This document shows positions 60,094 to 64,000 of a stretch of 64,000 nucleotides of DNA, piece after piece. The notes under the pieces were generated by a model. The model saw nothing but the letters and a program-made list of their open reading frames with translations. It was not told the origin of the DNA and searched no databases. Position 1 is the stretch's first letter, and every line of letters starts with the position of its first letter. Source of the stretch: a virus; IMG/VR virus record IMGVR_UViG_3300024261_000007, positions 1-64,000 of that record; one strand, written 5' to 3'. The position numbers and the translations under genes were made by a program.

Positions 60094-63000
60094 TTAAGAT
60101 AACAGCATTTTGATGTATTGTCTAATAAGCGAGTCCATTTGTAACTCTGCTTCTTCTTCTGGCGTATTTGCTCTTAAGCTCGAAGCCTCTTCGGGAAAAG
60201 CCATGGCCATGTGCATTCCTGCATGCTTGCCCATTTTCTGGACCATTTCAAAAGCAATTTCTTTTGAATATCGAGTACCGAACATGCTTTTGTTTGTGTT
60301 GAATTTTCTATCTCTAAACAAATCTTTAAGAGTTTCTCTTACAATTGAAAGTTCTTTGCCGTATAAACTATCACTTCCATCTTCAGAAATACCGATAAAG
60401 TTTTTAAAGAATTTTTTAATCCCGGCAGCTGAATTATAGTTTTGTCCTGATGATAATGTAGCGATTTTTTGCATAACATCTTTAGGCAAAGCTTTATTGT
60501 TTTGAGTAAAGACATCAATTAAAATGTTTATAAACCGTGTATGCAATTCAGTCTTTCCGTAATGTCTTATGACATGATTTAAATGATTTCTTAAAGTATT
60601 TGTTACTTCTTCACTGCATATTATTTGCGTGTTAATTGTTTGAATTGCTGAAGTTGCTAAGCTTTCTTCGTAATTTGATGCGTAACCTGTGTTATCTTTA
60701 GAAAATAATTGTTTTACGAATTCACCAAAATAAGATTTTCTTTTTTCAATGGGTATGAAGTCTAAAAATGTTAGTATTAAAGGTACGACTTTTGCTTGAT
60801 TTTGGCTAATGTAAGAAATATTATTTTTATTGACGCTGTCAATAAAATTTGATGATTCTATGAATATTTTAGACTTATTTTGAATATTTTTTATTATGTT
60901 ATTAATTTGTTCGCCTCTCATAATACGCATGCTGATCTCGTAAAAAGATTCACCAATGACTTTAATCTTCAAAACATCATCTAATAATTTAAAAATCTCG
61001 TAAGTATATTTAAAATCAAAACCCTTTACAGTGTTATCTAAAATAGCTGTGTTGAAAAAATTTCTACATGCTTCTTGCTCTACCATCTCATTGTCATTGT
61101 CAAACATGTTTCCGACAAACTCTGAAATATTTTCTAGTGTCTTTGCGTTTAAGTCTGTAACATTTTTATTGTATACATTTAAGAATGTTATAAAGTTTCC
61201 AAAATAGTCTGCACCTTTAAAACCATCTTTGTATGTAGTCAAATCATTAAATATGCTAAATTGCTCTTGATCATATCGTATATTAAACGGGTTTCCTTCC
61301 ACTATATTGAAAGCAATTAGTTTATATAAAATATACGCGTCTCTATTTTTTAAATAGTCTTTTATTAGTCTGAACGTTTCATGTTCTGATAATATATTAT
61401 TTTTTATCTCTTGATAAGAACTTTTGTCAAGAGATAAAAATCTTCTTTCTTCGTCACTTTTGTCTAGGAATCTTTTTGGGAATCTTGCATCTTCAATTAT
61501 ATATCTTGTCGCAAGATTTAAATCGATGCGCTTTTTTATGTCTTCATTTGGATCTTTGCTTTCTTTTTGTAGTTGATTTATAAACAGATCTGAATATCTA
61601 AAAATTAGACAAGATATAAAAACTTCAGGTCTAAATGAATCTCTTGACAGACCTGAAGATAATCCTCCTGACACTTTGTTTATCGAATTTATACCAAATT
61701 CTGTAATATAAGATTTTATGCCTTGTGAATTCATTAACATATCGTATATTGCTATATTGTTTTTTGTAAGCCCTTCACTTTTGTTGTTAATATTGCAAGG
61801 ATTAACATATACTCTGTAATCATCGCTTTCTAGCGATAGCTTTATTATTCTTTTTAAGTTATTTGCGTTGTTTGTATTGCATGCAATTTCTAAGGCACTT
61901 TTAAACTCATCAAAGTTGAGTTGATAACGATAGTGTTTAAGAAAAGAATACGTCATTTTTTTTTGAATTTCTAAAAAAGCATTAAAATATCTTGGGTGAG
62001 ATCTTTGATTTAGTATTTTGTTTTTTAAATTATTATAAATTTCTTCTCTAGGATACATGCCCTGAGTACGGAAAAAGTCACCAAAATACAACGTCTCAGC
62101 ATCTAAATTATCAAATATATAATAAGCTACACTATCCACAATTACTTCAGCTGCATCTTCTTTAGAGAGCTGTGTCTCTGTGCACATTAACTCATATAAA
62201 CCCATAGTCTGTTCAACGCCTGAAAATGCGAGTGATTGTGAAAAACAATTTTTTAATTCGTTGACATCATTAAGTTTACTAAGTCCTATTACATTATCTT
62301 CAATCTCAGAAATGTTTGATTGTAAGTTAACTTGTTCTGGTAGCTTTGCAATTTCTGTTTTCATTTCATTTGTTATGTATTCATCCAGAAATTCGTCATC
62401 AACATGATTATTGTGAAAGTCACAAGTTTCTTCTACGTCAATAGTTCCGTCAAATCGAACTTTAAGACTAATTGCATAAGCATCTTCACCAAAGTCAGCT
62501 TTTTTTGAATGTGCAACTGCTACATACTGACTTGAATTATAGCTGCTCCAAGTTGATTCTCTTCTATATGTGCACCAAGTCGATTCGCTCGCTCCCAATA
62601 CACTTCCAAGCATATGCTTAAATGCTTTGTAGTTTGTTGGATAAACAATTAACATATTATCGTCTTCATACACTTTTAGCAATGATTCAGCTAACATTTT
62701 CTCAGAAACTACAGATGTCTTTTTATAACCTTTTGCAAATGCCATTCTTTTCATTATAATATTAAAGTCAAAGTTTCCCTTTTCGATCTCATCTTTTTCT
62801 TCTTTTCTTGCAATGTCATAATATACACGCATGTAAAGATCAGCAGCTTTAATACAAGTATCGATATCTACGTCAACAGACTTTTCAACATATTGTATTA
62901 TGCTGTCAAACATCAACAGAACCTTTTTAAATTCAATAAACTCCCCATCAGAATTTTTATGTTTTCTAAGTTGTCGAATTAAAATTTCTTCAGCTTCTTT

Positions 63001-63489
63001 GAGCTTCTTTTTATTTTCTTTTCCTTTAAGTTCTAATAGTTTTGTTACATATACTATTTTTATAATTTCTAAAGCAATGTTTTTCTCTTTTACAGAAGTT
63101 GCCTCGTAAAGTTCAAGTTGATATTCCTTTTCTTTTTCAGATAGTGTAATAGGCGTCAAGTCTTTTTCGTTTACTTTAATACCTTTGCTTTTTCTAATAT
63201 CAACACTTTTTTGTCTATCTTTTTCTTTTGACGCATACTCAGCTTTTAATTTATACAAAAACTCATTTTTTTGCATCGCTGTTAAATATTTTCTTTTTTT
63301 AAATAAATTGTCATCTATTTTGTCGAAAGCTTCTTCAACAGAGCTTATTGTAGGATCACCAATTAATTGAGGTTTTTCTTTGCAAAGCTTGATTAATTTT
63401 TCTAAAAAGTTTTTTGGAGTTAAAACAGCCATCTCGTTTAATAACATACTATTTTTATAGAAAATCTCTTTTAGCGAATATTTTTTCAT
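60094..63489 (-). CDS. Large hypothetical protein (1131 aa) with a PcfJ-like 'WC' segment; candidate internal head protein
   Basis: Long minus-strand ORF with AAGG upstream of the ATG. Contains KVYEDDNMLIVYP...STWCT...W.SY; N-terminal SLKEI...LLNE; C-terminal SLIRQYIKMLL. Confidence 0.7.
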   Translation of the reverse strand: MKKYSLKEIFYKNSMLLNEMAVLTPKNFLEKLIKLCKEKPQLIGDPTISSVEEAFDKIDDNLFKKRKYLTAMQKNEFLYKLKAEYASKEKDRQKSVDIRKSKGIKVNEKDLTPITLSEKEKEYQLELYEATSVKEKNIALEIIKIVYVTKLLELKGKENKKKLKEAEEILIRQLRKHKNSDGEFIEFKKVLLMFDSIIQYVEKSVDVDIDTCIKAADLYMRVYYDIARKEEKDEIEKGNFDFNIIMKRMAFAKGYKKTSVVSEKMLAESLLKVYEDDNMLIVYPTNYKAFKHMLGSVLGASESTWCTYRRESTWSSYNSSQYVAVAHSKKADFGEDAYAISLKVRFDGTIDVEETCDFHNNHVDDEFLDEYITNEMKTEIAKLPEQVNLQSNISEIEDNVIGLSKLNDVNELKNCFSQSLAFSGVEQTMGLYELMCTETQLSKEDAAEVIVDSVAYYIFDNLDAETLYFGDFFRTQGMYPREEIYNNLKNKILNQRSHPRYFNAFLEIQKKMTYSFLKHYRYQLNFDEFKSALEIACNTNNANNLKRIIKLSLESDDYRVYVNPCNINNKSEGLTKNNIAIYDMLMNSQGIKSYITEFGINSINKVSGGLSSGLSRDSFRPEVFISCLIFRYSDLFINQLQKESKDPNEDIKKRIDLNLATRYIIEDARFPKRFLDKSDEERRFLSLDKSSYQEIKNNILSEHETFRLIKDYLKNRDAYILYKLIAFNIVEGNPFNIRYDQEQFSIFNDLTTYKDGFKGADYFGNFITFLNVYNKNVTDLNAKTLENISEFVGNMFDNDNEMVEQEACRNFFNTAILDNTVKGFDFKYTYEIFKLLDDVLKIKVIGESFYEISMRIMRGEQINNIIKNIQNKSKIFIESSNFIDSVNKNNISYISQNQAKVVPLILTFLDFIPIEKRKSYFGEFVKQLFSKDNTGYASNYEESLATSAIQTINTQIICSEEVTNTLRNHLNHVIRHYGKTELHTRFINILIDVFTQNNKALPKDVMQKIATLSSGQNYNSAAGIKKFFKNFIGISEDGSDSLYGKELSIVRETLKDLFRDRKFNTNKSMFGTRYSKEIAFEMVQKMGKHAGMHMAMAFPEEASSLRANTPEEEAELQMDSLIRQYIKMLLS

Positions 63490-63536
63490 TTTATAACCTT
63501 AAGATAATATTTATATTTGCATTATAATCATAATAT

Positions 63537-63568
63537 AAAACCCGCTTCGTGCTGGTTTTTTTGTATTT
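63537..63568 (+). terminator. Imperfect second copy of the capsid-gene terminator
   Basis: AAAACCCGC-TTCGT-GCTGGTTTTTTT (one stem mismatch). TGCTGGTTTTTTTGTATTT is identical to 59991-60009. Confidence 0.6.
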
Positions 63569-63619
63569 ATTGAAAGAAAAAGATATATATTTATATAGGT
63601 TAAAAAGGACTTATTTTTT

Positions 63620-63931
63620 ATGAAAAGATCAAATACAAGTAAATTATTAAACGAATGGAAAAGCTTTTTAAATGAAGAATATTATGTTGATGATCCAAAT
63701 GCAGGTCTTGTCGACTCAGATAGCTCAGCAGCTGACAAAAATGAATTAATAAATATTATTAGGCAAGATATTTTACAAGATTTAAATGTTGATATGGAAG
63801 AATTTCTTGATGAAGTATTTAATATTCTTAGCGAAGAACAGTTACAAATGATTTATAACAAGTACTTGCCTGATGGACCTCAGCAGAGTGATGACAGGGC
63901 ATTAGAAAACGATCCTGATATGAGTACTTAA
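63620..63931 (+). CDS. Small acidic protein with N-terminal KLLNEWKSFLNEE tag
   Basis: AAGGA SD; ATATTTAT element starting 33 nt upstream (63587). Confidence 0.7.
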   Translation: MKRSNTSKLLNEWKSFLNEEYYVDDPNAGLVDSDSSAADKNELINIIRQDILQDLNVDMEEFLDEVFNILSEEQLQMIYNKYLPDGPQQSDDRALENDPDMST

Positions 63932-63934
63932 TTT

Positions 63935-64000
63935 ATGAAATATCCAAAGTTTTATGAAAATAGTAAATTGCCAGTAATATTAAGCAAGTTTGCGCCTATT
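63935..64000 (+). CDS. 5' fragment of the next gene (MKYPKFYENSKLPVILSKFAPI...)
   Basis: ATG 3 nt after the previous stop; frame is open to the window end. Confidence 0.5.
   Translation, partial: MKYPKFYENSKLPVILSKFAPI

Noticed and set aside
60110-63370. Short + strand ORFs within the 1131-aa minus-strand gene
   Set aside because: Antisense shadows of the long ORF with no independent support.
1-64000. Stop-codon reassignment as seen in some jumbo phages
   Set aside because: Genes are full-length and densely packed under code 11. Reading through TAG at 13025 or TGA at 56184 does not join the next gene in frame.

Overview
The window is part of a very AT-rich, T4-like (myovirus, probably jumbo) bacteriophage genome read in standard code 11, almost entirely on the + strand. 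In order it holds: the 3' part of a repeat-containing fibre protein; a Cas4/RecB-like PD-(D/E)XK nuclease; a GT-B glycosyltransferase; a gp55-like sigma factor; a ~35 kb baseplate/virion block (spike-like, gp25-like, gp6-like, gp7/LamG, FN3, tail-collar-like, and Asn-rich proteins of 1100-2500 aa); a RuvC-like resolvase; a primase; a single-chain Mre11-Rad50 (gp47-gp46) fusion; and the head module (terminase, portal, protease, small head proteins, scaffold, enlarged major capsid protein). It ends with an inverted 1131-aa gene flanked by a duplicated terminator. The most notable signals are: a recurring ATA(A/T)TTA(T/A) element 31-39 nt before start codons (candidate late promoter); a nested in-frame start in the scaffold gene with that element and a strong SD; a hairpin burying the nuclease RBS; the 19-bp terminator repeat around the inverted gene; and shared L-x-E helical tags that may target proteins to the capsid. 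I saw no tRNA, rRNA, CRISPR array, intein or IS element. All protein calls come from motif recognition by eye; no searches were run.
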